This document shows positions 8,875 to 17,094 of a stretch of DNA of 32,000 nt, one piece after another (the first letter of the stretch is position 1; each line of letters starts with the position of its first letter). Origin of the DNA: Pirellula staleyi DSM 6068 (GTDB lineage: Bacteria; Planctomycetota; Planctomycetia; Pirellulales; Pirellulaceae); NCBI GenBank assembly GCA_000025185.1, contig CP001848.1, positions 4,110,001-4,142,000 of the forward strand, read 5' to 3'. A program made the position numbers and the translations under genes. Under the pieces are notes generated by a model. That model saw only the letters and a list, made by a program, of their open reading frames with translations. It was not told the DNA's origin and did no database searches.

Positions 8875-9560
8875 ATCGGCACACTGAGCGAGCGGCCATT
8901 GTGACGCGCCGAGAGCTGCAAGAGATAGGGACAAGCAACCTGGGCCCACGCTGCAGGCTGCGGATACGACGATGCATCCTCACCAAAACAACTTTGCAGC
9001 ATGTCGGTTGCGATGACGCCGGGATTCAAAGGAATCGCGGCCATTCCTGAAGGGAGTTCGGCGGCGAGTGCGAGGGTGAGCCCTTCGATGGCGTACTTCG
9101 TCGCACAATACGGCGCAACCTCGGCGCTGGTGCTTCGTCCCCAGCCTGACGAAAAGTTGACGATCACTCCCGACTGACGAGCAATCATCGCCGGCGCAAA
9201 ATGCTTCGTGACATGAAAAACCCCTTTGATATTGATGTCGACCACGCGCGAGAATTCGTCGGTTGGCACGTTCCAGAGCGAATTGTTGGCGTTGATGATC
9301 GCCGCTGAGTTGAGGAGCAGATCGGGCGCGCCGAATTTGGCGAGGGATGCTTCAGCCCAAGCAGCAACTGCTCGTTCATCCGTCACATCGACCACGGAAA
9401 TCGCGTGCTGCGAGCCAAGCTCTTGCTGCAGTTCAGCGACAAGACTCGCCAATCGACCGCAGCCGATCACCGTGTGACCGTGGGTCGCAAAGTAGCGCGC
9501 CATAGCGAGGCCGAGGCCACGTGTGACCCCGGTGATGACTATCGTTTTCGAGTCTGACAT
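8871..9560 (-). CDS. Short-chain dehydrogenase/reductase (SDR) family oxidoreductase
   Basis: It has the Rossmann TGxxxGxG motif (ITGVTRGLGLA) and the catalytic YxxxK (YCATKYAIEG). An upstream NSAA block is present. The 229-aa length is typical of classical SDRs. Confidence 0.85.
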   Translation of the reverse strand: MSDSKTIVITGVTRGLGLAMARYFATHGHTVIGCGRLASLVAELQQELGSQHAISVVDVTDERAVAAWAEASLAKFGAPDLLLNSAAIINANNSLWNVPTDEFSRVVDINIKGVFHVTKHFAPAMIARQSGVIVNFSSGWGRSTSAEVAPYCATKYAIEGLTLALAAELPSGMAAIPLNPGVIATDMLQSCFGEDASSYPQPAAWAQVACPYLLQLSARHNGRSLSVPM

Positions 9561-9760
9561 CGTTCGACATCCTCCAGGTGGTCACGAGCCGCTTATGCTG
9601 CTGCTAAGCTACGTATCGTTGTAGCTCATCAGCCGCGCGCTGTGCGACGCATCGAGCGCTACGACACAAGGGATGCTCGCCAGTTGCGCGAGCTGCATGT
9701 GATGAAATTTACCGTCCTGGCGGCGTTCTGTCAGTCCTCTCGCGCCGCTATGGAGACTCT

Positions 9761-10306
9761 ATGAATCGTGTCCGCCGCTATGCACCGACACTCACATTCC
9801 CGCCTTACACCTACATCTCGGGGCGGGCTCCTCATCCGATCCGTGATCCTGCGGGACATGCGTTTGGCAAGGAGCCCGAGGAAGTAGCGCCGCTGAACGC
9901 CGCCGATTGGCATTGCTCGGTGGTGTACCAGAAGGGGATCGATCTCTTTAATGCTGGCTACTACTGGGAAGCCCATGAAGTGTGGGAATCGCTCTGGAAA
10001 GTTGCGCTGCGGGGAAGCTGTGAGCAAACGCTTTTGCTGCTGCTCATCAAGCTGGCAGCTGCCGGTGTGAAAGCACGCGAAGGACGCGCGGTCGGGATTG
10101 CGCGGCATGCAGCGCGAGCGCGTGAGCTACTCGATCTGCTCCCGTCGGAGCGTGAGCCTTTCGCTGGGCTGTCGCGTGCTGGAATCGAGCAAGTTATCGC
10201 CGCGTACGAAGTTTTGGCGACGCAGTCGGTTGCTAAGCTGGCACAATTTCCCGCCACGGCGGAGCCTGTTTGCGTCGTCGAACCAGCGCTGGTGCTAATG
10301 GAGTAG
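9761..10306 (+). CDS. DUF309 domain-containing protein
   Basis: It contains the hallmark FNAGYYWEAHEVWESLW segment of the DUF309 family, followed by a helical region. It starts with ATG at 9761 and is divergent from the SDR gene. Confidence 0.7.
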   Translation: MNRVRRYAPTLTFPPYTYISGRAPHPIRDPAGHAFGKEPEEVAPLNAADWHCSVVYQKGIDLFNAGYYWEAHEVWESLWKVALRGSCEQTLLLLLIKLAAAGVKAREGRAVGIARHAARARELLDLLPSEREPFAGLSRAGIEQVIAAYEVLATQSVAKLAQFPATAEPVCVVEPALVLME

Positions 10307-10319
10307 TCTCGCCGAGCGA

Positions 10320-11615
10320 TTACGCTTTTACCGAACGTCGCAGCGCAAGGACGGTGAGATCGTCGGGGGGGCTGTCGCCGACGTAGTAGAGTTCCACTTC
10401 GCGGCCGATGCTTCGAACGAGTTCCGCCACCGGCGCGCCGGCCAGTTTGCGGAGCAGTTGCTCCAGCCGCGACATGCCAAACTGCTCGCCACGATAGTCC
10501 ATCGATTCGATGATCCCATCGGTCCCCAGCAGCACCAAATCGCCGGGAGCAAGTGCCAGTTCCGGCCCGAGAGGAAAGATCCCATCGTCGAGAACACCCA
10601 GCGGTGGCGCGGTGCTCGAGAGAGGAGTGATTGCGCCGGTTTCAGCCGATAAATGTACCGCTGGCGCGTGTCCTGCATTCGAAAACGAGAGGGTATGCGC
10701 GATAGGGTCGAGCATCGCCACCACCATCGTGACGAACGGGCCGAACAGAAAATCGTCGGCCATGGCGCGGGCAATTCCGTGCAGAAGTTCGTCGGGCTGA
10801 TCGAGCGTTACGAGCAAGGTGCGGAGCGAGGCTCGTACCGATGCCATCAGCAAACTGGGCCCCAGACCATGACCACTCACATCGGCCACACAGACTGCTG
10901 CTTTGCCATTTTGCAGCGCGACGACATCGCAGTAGTCGCCCCCCACGGCTTCGTTGGGATACCACCACGTGGCCACTTCGTAGCCTGGAATGCTCGGCAA
11001 TTTGCTTGGCATGAAGCGTCGCTGCACTTCGCGGGCCACATTTAGCGAGAGTTCCAAATCGCGGCGACGCTGAATGTCGTCCACCAATCGCGCGCGATCG
11101 AGCGCGGCTGCTGCATGGTGACTAAACGCCATCGATAACGCTTCGTCGTCCCGATCAAAAGGGCCGCCGATATTGTTCAGGAACTCGAGCACACCGAGCA
11201 GGCGTCCATCGCGGGCAGCCACGAGCGGCACAGCCAGGACGCTCCGCGTGGTGAATCCGGTCGAGCGATCGTGTCGGCTGTCCCAGCGAGGGTCGAGCTG
11301 TGGATTCTCGAGATTCACCCGGAGTCGTTGCCGCGCGACAAAACCGGCCACACCGGAATCGAGGGGCAGGTGAATCGTTTGATCGGTCCCCGCCATGGCC
11401 GAGAGAACATTTCGCTTGGAATCAAGCTGATACAGGATCGCCCGTTCACAGCGCAGCGCGCGACAAGCCTCGATCACAATCGTATCGAGCATCTTGGCCA
11501 AATCGATTTCGACAGCGAGCAAGTGGGTCACGTGCAGCAGTCGATTCAAACCATCGAGACTGCTGCATTGGTAGTTGGCGTCGTTTTCGAAGTCACTCGT
11601 GAGGGAATCGGTCAT
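10320..11615 (-). CDS. GAF domain-containing PP2C-type (SpoIIE/RsbU-like) serine phosphatase
   Basis: The N-terminal half is GAF-like (AILYQLD...LPLDSGVAGFVA...LAVPLVA..GRLLGVLEF). The C-terminal half carries PP2C/SpoIIE blocks: GGDYCDV, VADVSGHGLGPSLLMA, LLGTDGIIE, DDLTVLALRR. Confidence 0.85.
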   Translation of the reverse strand: MTDSLTSDFENDANYQCSSLDGLNRLLHVTHLLAVEIDLAKMLDTIVIEACRALRCERAILYQLDSKRNVLSAMAGTDQTIHLPLDSGVAGFVARQRLRVNLENPQLDPRWDSRHDRSTGFTTRSVLAVPLVAARDGRLLGVLEFLNNIGGPFDRDDEALSMAFSHHAAAALDRARLVDDIQRRRDLELSLNVAREVQRRFMPSKLPSIPGYEVATWWYPNEAVGGDYCDVVALQNGKAAVCVADVSGHGLGPSLLMASVRASLRTLLVTLDQPDELLHGIARAMADDFLFGPFVTMVVAMLDPIAHTLSFSNAGHAPAVHLSAETGAITPLSSTAPPLGVLDDGIFPLGPELALAPGDLVLLGTDGIIESMDYRGEQFGMSRLEQLLRKLAGAPVAELVRSIGREVELYYVGDSPPDDLTVLALRRSVKA

Positions 11616-11743
11616 CGGAGTTGCTCGCCAGAGAGGTTGCTGGAATTTCTCTCCCCTACGAGTTGCAGGACTCGCGAGGATACATTCGTCACCGAGCTGT
11701 TTCCAAACCGGCCACCCAACATCAAACTCGTCATTGCAGATTA

Positions 11744-12625
11744 CTACGCTTGTAGATCATCTGATTGTAAGCCGCTCGGCTGTCGCTCGCTAATCCACTC
11801 CTGCGTGCAAAATCGTCGGAGCAGTCCACGCACATTGTGGGGCAGATTCTCGATACTCGAGAGTTGTTCGTCGGTGAGTGGTTTTCCTTCAGCGCGGTCG
11901 ACAAATCCGCTCCAAGAAAGCTCGATATTCCAGCCCGATTGCTCGGCTGTCGTATTCACACGCTCTTGCAAACGGAGTCCCCACAGCAGACCAAATTGAT
12001 CGCGAAAATCGAGCCACAAGCGATCCCATGTCGACGCCGCTGGCGGCTGCGGAGTGACATAAGCGAATAGAATTGCGGTAAGCCACATGACGGTTGCTGT
12101 GGTGACCCCGAAGGAGGACGGCTGGACCGAAGAAAAAGGTAAGTAGGGGAGGAGCAGAACCACTTGTGCGGCAATCGCCACGAGCGCAGCGAAGGTGAAT
12201 CGCGTGGCGAGCAAATTGCCGGGCCCAATGAGCAAAAGCCCCGCTAGGAAATAGCCTCGCGCGTCGGAGAGGATCAAAGCTTCGCCCGGCTGGAGCACCA
12301 GATTCTCAAGGGCGGGAAGGGCGAGCACCCCCCACAGCGAGACGACGATAAAATTCCACGGCTGATGCTGCGGACGCTTGGCACCCAGCTGCGCGACGAC
12401 CGGGCAGAGGGACAAAATGGCCGCTGCATAGCGCCAAGGTTCGAGCGAGGTTTGCGAGGCTTGGTTGACGTAACCGGCAAGCTCGACGCAGCCGGGAGCA
12501 ACAGCCGCCACCAGGGTCCAGCTCCAAGCGGGGAGCAGCGTGGTGTGAATCAGTTTTCTTCGAGCGCGCACAAGCAGCAGCACGATGGCAACGAGCGCGA
12601 GGCAGAGCACGATCGAACTTAGCAC
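11744..12625 (-). CDS. Polytopic membrane protein of unknown function (about 7 predicted TM helices plus a soluble C-terminal tail)
   Basis: It uses a GTG start (12625-12623). Repeated hydrophobic stretches are present (IVLCLALVAIVLLLV, WTLVAAVAPGCVELAG, AAAILSLCPVVAQL, FIVVSLWGVLALPAL, YFLAGLLLIGPG, FAALVAIAAQVVLLLPYL, TATVMWLTAILFAYV). The C-terminal ~90 aa are hydrophilic. It lies 128 nt upstream of the phosphatase gene on the same strand. I recognise no family. Confidence 0.6.
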   Translation of the reverse strand: MLSSIVLCLALVAIVLLLVRARRKLIHTTLLPAWSWTLVAAVAPGCVELAGYVNQASQTSLEPWRYAAAILSLCPVVAQLGAKRPQHQPWNFIVVSLWGVLALPALENLVLQPGEALILSDARGYFLAGLLLIGPGNLLATRFTFAALVAIAAQVVLLLPYLPFSSVQPSSFGVTTATVMWLTAILFAYVTPQPPAASTWDRLWLDFRDQFGLLWGLRLQERVNTTAEQSGWNIELSWSGFVDRAEGKPLTDEQLSSIENLPHNVRGLLRRFCTQEWISERQPSGLQSDDLQA

Positions 12626-12961
12626 GAGTGAAACGCTGGTTCTAAAGGAGAGGCACTGGGAGAGTGGGAGATCGGCTGTGAAGCTGTAACGTCGCTAGCG
12701 GCCGAATGTCCTTACATTACGCAGAATCGGCCCAAGTGGAACCCTAGGGGTGTCCGATGTACCAAAAAGAGGCCACTTCGTTTGCCTTTTTTCATTTGCA
12801 TTGCAAGCTTGAGGTAGACGGCAGTAGTGCGCGCCCCAAGCAGGCATCGCTTCAAGAAGTCGGGCTGCGGTGGGGTATATCGGCTGTTGAACGGTTTCGA
12901 CAGTCTTGTGGTTGAGGATACAACCCAGGCTCTCGGTCTGCCGCCTAAGGAGACTTTCCAC

Positions 12962-13495
12962 ATGAAGTGGCAATTGAAGTGTCAAGGATTGGTCGCCATG
13001 GCAGTTGCTGTGGCATTCTCGAGCGCAAGCCTCGTCGCAGCAGAACCAGTGCACTGGTCTCCTGCATCGCATCAGTCGGCCCACTCGCACGTCTGGCAAG
13101 AAGTGGCTGCTGGAGCGCAGGTCTATCAGATCGGTAGCTGCGATTTCACTCCTCCCTGCGTCGACCATCTCTGGTCGGGCTACTCGCAAAATCCTCACCG
13201 CTGCAACATGCACGGTCACCACGGCTGCGGCAATCGCTACGGCCTGGGTAACTGCGCTGGCAGCTGCGGCATTGGCTACGGTGGATTCTGCGGCAAATCG
13301 CACGGCTGCACCAGCTGCGGCTCGCCCGCGTGTGGCACACCCGCTTGCGGCACCGTTGTTCCCAGCTGCTCGGCCCCGACGGAAGCTCCGGTTCCTGTTC
13401 CATCGCCCGAAGCAGCCGACACCTCGGCTCGCCGCACGCCCGCTGTGAATCGCTATCAATCGATTCCCGCGAGCTACATCCCCACGGTTCGCTAA
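12962..13495 (+). CDS. Secreted Cys/Gly/His-rich small protein (177 aa, 12 Cys), function unknown
   Basis: Internal ATG 12962 lies within track ORF 12827..13495 and is preceded by AAGGAG (12947-12952). The product begins with a signal peptide, MKWQLKCQGLVAMAVAVAFSSASLVAA. The mature part contains SHQSAHSH, HRCNMHGHHGCGNRYGLGNCAGSCGIGYGGFCGKSHGCTSCGSPACGTPACGTVVPSC, then a Pro-rich tail. A hairpin terminator follows the stop. The opposing 284-aa ORF (12695..13549) reads as low-complexity Ala/Arg junk. Confidence 0.65.
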   Translation: MKWQLKCQGLVAMAVAVAFSSASLVAAEPVHWSPASHQSAHSHVWQEVAAGAQVYQIGSCDFTPPCVDHLWSGYSQNPHRCNMHGHHGCGNRYGLGNCAGSCGIGYGGFCGKSHGCTSCGSPACGTPACGTVVPSCSAPTEAPVPVPSPEAADTSARRTPAVNRYQSIPASYIPTVR

Positions 13496-13532
13496 GCAGC
13501 GAATTCGCAGGCTTCGACAATCGAAACAACTG

Positions 13533-13597
13533 AGCAAGCTCCACGTCACGCGAGAAACTGCCCCTCTCGCAAGGTGTGGAGCTTGTTAGTTTTCTTG
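13533..13597 (+). terminator. Candidate intrinsic terminator / 3' stem-loop of the Cys-rich protein gene
   Basis: A 10-bp stem pairs CAAGCTCCAC (13535-13544) with GTGGAGCTTG (13576-13585). It encloses an inner stem GCGAGA (13550-13555) / TCTCGC (13565-13570). The U-rich run TTAGTTTTCTT follows. It begins 38 nt after the stop codon at 13493-13495. Confidence 0.45.
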
Positions 13598-13796
13598 ATT
13601 ACCCGGCTCAAGCAACGCTTGCAGTCAGGTCCCTTGTTGGCCAAGAGATTAGCGATGGGATATCCGGCAGATCAAGAACCTGTGAATCAATTACGCTAGC
13701 ACGGAGATTTGGCAAAGCCGAATCAAGTCCTGCAACTGGTCGGCCGATCAAATAAGTGGGCGAAACTGGAAGCTTACGGTTTCGTTTCAGGATAGA

Positions 13797-13838
13797 GGTC
13801 ATGGCACGGCGACGGAGCGACGTGCCATGACCTTTTTT
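13797..13838 (+). terminator. Strong rho-independent terminator (plus-strand orientation)
   Basis: A perfect 12-bp stem pairs GGTCATGGCACG (13797-13808) with CGTGCCATGACC (13821-13832). The loop is 12 nt and T6 (13833-13838) follows immediately. On the minus strand the hairpin is followed by TCTATCC, which is not U-rich. The orientation is therefore plus, although it lies only 25 nt beyond the stop of the convergent esterase gene. Confidence 0.72.
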
Positions 13839-13862
13839 GTTGCGCCAAAGAGCGACTGACGC

Positions 13863-14738
13863 TCATGCATCGAGCGTGCTCGCGAAGAAATCCCAGATCG
13901 CTCGCGACGCATCTAAATTACGCGTCGATTTGCCCAAAATGGTGAAGGGCGAACTTCTGCCGGGCCAGGTGTGGCCGCAGCCGGCAATGGTATAAACCAG
14001 CAATTGCTCGCGCGTCGTGGCGCCTCGAAAATGCAAGCGCGTAACGCTCGTTCCATCTTCTTCGAGTGGCGCAAGGATCGCAGTAGCGGGGACCGGGTGC
14101 ACGCGGTTCGTCCGCTTCCAAAACTCGAGCGTTTCGCGCACTGCGGGAAACTGCATCTTGCTGAGGCTCTTGCGACCGATCCCACCTTCGAACGGCACAT
14201 GTTCATCGTGCTCGCCATGAATGTGGCAAACAGGTATCGGTGAAGTCACGGGCGCATCTTCCGCGTCGAGCATCGGACCAGCTACCGAAGCCACCGCGCG
14301 AAAGAGGCTGGGCAATTCGACCGCCAGGCGATAGGCAAACATCCCACCATTGGAGAAACCGGCTGCGAAAATTGCGCGCGGTGCAAGCGAAGCATGTTCT
14401 CGCACATGATCAATCGCTGTGATGATGAACTGCACATCGTCGACAGCAGCGCGGCTTGCGAAATTGGGATAACGCGTTCGGCTCGCATTCCAGCTGCAGG
14501 TGGTGGGAGTTCGCCCAGTTCCGCTGGGATACATCACCGAGAAACCAGCGATTGTCGCCAGTTCGCTCATGCCGGTGAAGGCTGGCATCACACCGCCGTG
14601 AGTTCCCGCACCATGCAGCATCAGCAGCAGCGGCGCATCGTGCGCGGCGCTCGATGGGGTGAAGAGCCAGTAGTGCCGCGTCAGTCCACACGACTCGAAG
14701 GCAAACTCTTGATGACCGAGAAGCGAAGCACGAGGCAT
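13863..14738 (-). CDS. Alpha/beta-hydrolase esterase of the LpqC / PHB-depolymerase-like type
   Basis: It has LLLMLHGAG (HG oxyanion region), the GFSNGG nucleophile elbow (GxSxG), IHGEHDEHVP (acid) and GCGHTWPG (His). The length and block order fit the extracellular esterase/PHB-depolymerase-like family. No obvious N-terminal signal peptide is present. Confidence 0.78.
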   Translation of the reverse strand: MPRASLLGHQEFAFESCGLTRHYWLFTPSSAAHDAPLLLMLHGAGTHGGVMPAFTGMSELATIAGFSVMYPSGTGRTPTTCSWNASRTRYPNFASRAAVDDVQFIITAIDHVREHASLAPRAIFAAGFSNGGMFAYRLAVELPSLFRAVASVAGPMLDAEDAPVTSPIPVCHIHGEHDEHVPFEGGIGRKSLSKMQFPAVRETLEFWKRTNRVHPVPATAILAPLEEDGTSVTRLHFRGATTREQLLVYTIAGCGHTWPGRSSPFTILGKSTRNLDASRAIWDFFASTLDA

Positions 14739-14854
14739 GAGGCAGGTTCGATAGCGCGAAAGAGTGCCAGAGGAAACGCGAGCAGCAGTGCGTGGGCCTT
14801 GCGACCTGCCGATATTCTAGTGCGTGTGGCACAAAGACGCAGCACGCGATGCGG

Positions 14855-16321
14855 TTAGTTGCGAACCGCGAACTCGATCGACGCCTCGCCCAGTTTGGCC
14901 CCTTTGAAATGGGCTTTCCCTTGCAGATCTTCGACGGTGAGTTCGAGTCGATAAGTGCCGTCGGCAATCGTGTCGGGCATGTAAATTCGATAGGCCAGGA
15001 AATAATCGCGCCGATGATTGCGGCACACTTCCTCGTCGAGCGGCAGCTGTCGTTCGGCCACGACATTCCCCACGCGATCGAAGATCTGATACGAACCTTG
15101 CAGCCGAGTTTCGTACTGATCTTTGCCCCGCAATTCCGAGGCGTGATTGTCGATCTCGACGTACAAAATCACTTGCTGGCGCGGTTTGAATTCAGCACGA
15201 GGAAACGCTTGATACCAGCCGAAATAATCGACTTTTTCGCAAAACGCAAGGTTGCGGAGTTCCAGTCGGCTGACTGCCGATAGCTGCTGACTAGCGGCCC
15301 GCAGCGAATGCAGCACTTTCGCGTTGCGGTGGCCGGTCCGACGCAATTCGTCTTCCGCCAGCCACGTCGTCAGGCCAAACATCAGATGACGATAGGCTTC
15401 CTGCTCTGCCACGGGAATTTCCGTCGGTGCACGGACTGCATCATCCATTCGCCCTGCGAGCAAATAGAGGAGCGAGAGTTTTTGCTCGAGCGTTGCGGCA
15501 AGCTGTTTATCACCCCGCTCGCGAGCAGCCCGCAGCTGCGATTCGAGACTGGCTGTGAGATCGTCGACCTGCTGATGCACCGTCGCATCGCTCACTACCG
15601 GAGCCTTGGGTTCGGGCACCTTCGTTCCGGGAGGCACAGTGGCTGGAGCATCCGAGGCCGGATTCGCCGAACTGGTGAAGCTCGCCTGCGATACCTCTGC
15701 TGAAGGCTTCTCGGGATCGGCCACTGGTGAATTAGTGCTCGGCTGATTGGCAGCAGCGGGACTAGTTTCCGGCTGAGGTGCACTCACCTTGGCCACGTAG
15801 TTCGCCTCGCCACCGGTCGGTGGAGCTGCTACTGGCGGCACTACAGCGGGCGCTGCTGGTGGTTCAACCGGCGAACCTGCTGGTGGCGTGCTGCTGCTAA
15901 GCAAATTAGCATCCATCGTCGGAGCCAGTTCCTGACGTCCGGTGATGTTGGCCGCCAAATGCTGGTTAGCTATGCGGTGCGCGAGATCGTTGTTCGAAAC
16001 AGCAGCCCGCTGCTCGCGAAAACGCTCCTGAATCGGTAGTGGAAGTTCCTGGCTCGGCTGTGCGCTGAGCGTCGTTGGTTGCGCATCGACCAGCGTCGGT
16101 GCAATTGACGCAGGCTGAGGATCGGCACTGCGAACTGCTGAGCGGTCGACCGCCGTGGGAAACGGCTTGGGGTTCGCGGGGCCGCTCAAGCTCTCGTCGA
16201 GCGATCGACCCGGCAGCGACATCGTCGGCCCTGCACAGCCTGTCACCAGCGCGCAGCAAACGACAGCGGTGGACCAAGTCCACCAGCCGAGTTGTGCACG
16301 TTGAAGATGACGGTTGGTCAC
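14855..16321 (-). CDS. Lipoprotein with long Pro/Ala-rich disordered linker and C-terminal globular domain, function unknown
   Basis: It uses a GTG start (16321-16319). There is a signal peptide with a lipobox (AVVCCALVTGC). About 200 aa are Pro/Ala/Ser-rich (PPAGSPVEPPAAPAVVPPVAAPPTGG...). The C-terminal ~230 aa are structured (…FKPRQQVILYVEIDNH…GTYRLELTVEDLQGK…). It lies 116 nt upstream of the esterase gene on the same strand. Confidence 0.7.
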   Translation of the reverse strand: MTNRHLQRAQLGWWTWSTAVVCCALVTGCAGPTMSLPGRSLDESLSGPANPKPFPTAVDRSAVRSADPQPASIAPTLVDAQPTTLSAQPSQELPLPIQERFREQRAAVSNNDLAHRIANQHLAANITGRQELAPTMDANLLSSSTPPAGSPVEPPAAPAVVPPVAAPPTGGEANYVAKVSAPQPETSPAAANQPSTNSPVADPEKPSAEVSQASFTSSANPASDAPATVPPGTKVPEPKAPVVSDATVHQQVDDLTASLESQLRAARERGDKQLAATLEQKLSLLYLLAGRMDDAVRAPTEIPVAEQEAYRHLMFGLTTWLAEDELRRTGHRNAKVLHSLRAASQQLSAVSRLELRNLAFCEKVDYFGWYQAFPRAEFKPRQQVILYVEIDNHASELRGKDQYETRLQGSYQIFDRVGNVVAERQLPLDEEVCRNHRRDYFLAYRIYMPDTIADGTYRLELTVEDLQGKAHFKGAKLGEASIEFAVRN

Positions 16322-16507
16322 GGTGATGCTTCGAGGAGGGCTCTTGTAAGGGAGACGCGAAGGTTCACAATCGAGTGTGCTCTGGCGAGAAGTTCTCGGC
16401 GAGAAACCGCGCGACCTGGCGGCGGGAAGTTAGAGAATCCGCTCGCACAGGACAAGATCGAATCAGCCGCTAGCTCAAGCCTGCTCCACCTCAACGTGAC
16501 CAGCCCC

Positions 16508-16798
16508 ATGAATTCACCAGATGCCACTTTCGAGCGAGTAGAGGTCCACTATCGAGGGCGTGTGCAGGGGGTGGGGTTTCGCTGGAATGCCCAGCACATT
16601 GCCCGTGATCACGAGGTTCAAGGGACGGTTCGCAACCTCCCCTCGGGCGAGGTGCATTTGATTGCCGAAGGGTCCCGAGCTGCGGTGCGGGCCTTTTTGG
16701 ACGAAGTTTACGAGAGCATGCGGCTGAACATTACCGGCGTCGACGAGCGAAAACTCCCCGCTACGGGCGAATTTATCGGCTTTAAGATCGTAAGCTGA
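16508..16798 (+). CDS. acyP: Acylphosphatase
   Basis: Internal ATG 16508 of track ORF 16292..16798 gives a 96-aa product, MNSPDATFERVEVHYRGRVQGVGFRWNAQHIARDHEVQGTVRNLPSGEVHLIAEG... It carries the acylphosphatase signature V.G.VQGVGFR and the typical G.V.N...G.V motif. The 72-codon upstream extension has no protein-like character. Confidence 0.85.
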   Translation: MNSPDATFERVEVHYRGRVQGVGFRWNAQHIARDHEVQGTVRNLPSGEVHLIAEGSRAAVRAFLDEVYESMRLNITGVDERKLPATGEFIGFKIVS

Positions 16799-17094
16799 CT
16801 CTTCTCCAAATTTTCACGCCACAAAGGCTTACGTCGCGGCGCAAACCCCTAGGCTAGGCCTACTTCGCGAAGTTACGATAGATTCCTCGCTCGTGCCCCT
16901 AAATCACCAAAAATTGGTGAACCACCGGGCAGCTAGCGACGTAACGGCAGCGGAACCCCGATTGCGCGCCACCTTCCGACTCATCTCCGTGGATTTTCCT
17001 CCATTGCTTCCAGCGGGCTAACCACCTCTGGCATCAGGCTCATTCAGCCAGCTGTCGTTGGCCCTTTAACAACTACGCATCAGTAGCCGTCACT

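Noticed and set aside
12962-13495. Cys-rich protein as a multiheme cytochrome or RiPP precursor
   Set aside because: No CxxCH motif is present. No radical-SAM, lanthipeptide, YcaO or peptidase/transport maturation genes flank it.
12695-13549. 284-aa minus-strand ORF covering the Cys-rich protein gene
   Set aside because: Its translation is Ala/Arg-rich low complexity (…GRAAAGAAVRFAAESTVANAAAASAV…) with no start context. The plus-strand frame has an SD, a signal peptide and a downstream terminator. Residual uncertainty is noted in the finding.
13671-13751. Four copies of ATCAA (13671, 13686, 13722, 13747) within ~80 nt of the candidate sRNA region
   Set aside because: A back-of-envelope estimate assumes uniform composition and covers all 5-mers, all windows and both strands. 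It gives an expectation on the order of one or more such clusters per 32 kb, so it is not significant on its own.
13608-13802. 64-aa minus-strand ORF in the region between the two terminators
   Set aside because: Its start codon lies inside the 12-bp terminator stem. It has no SD and no protein-like features. The region is better explained as non-coding RNA or a UTR.
16904-16920. Perfect 17-bp palindrome TCACCAA-AAA-TTGGTGA in the leader upstream of the ABC-2-like gene
   Set aside because: Seven-bp inverted repeats with short spacers are expected roughly 20 times by chance in 32 kb. No U-tract follows and there is no second copy, so there is no basis for calling an operator.
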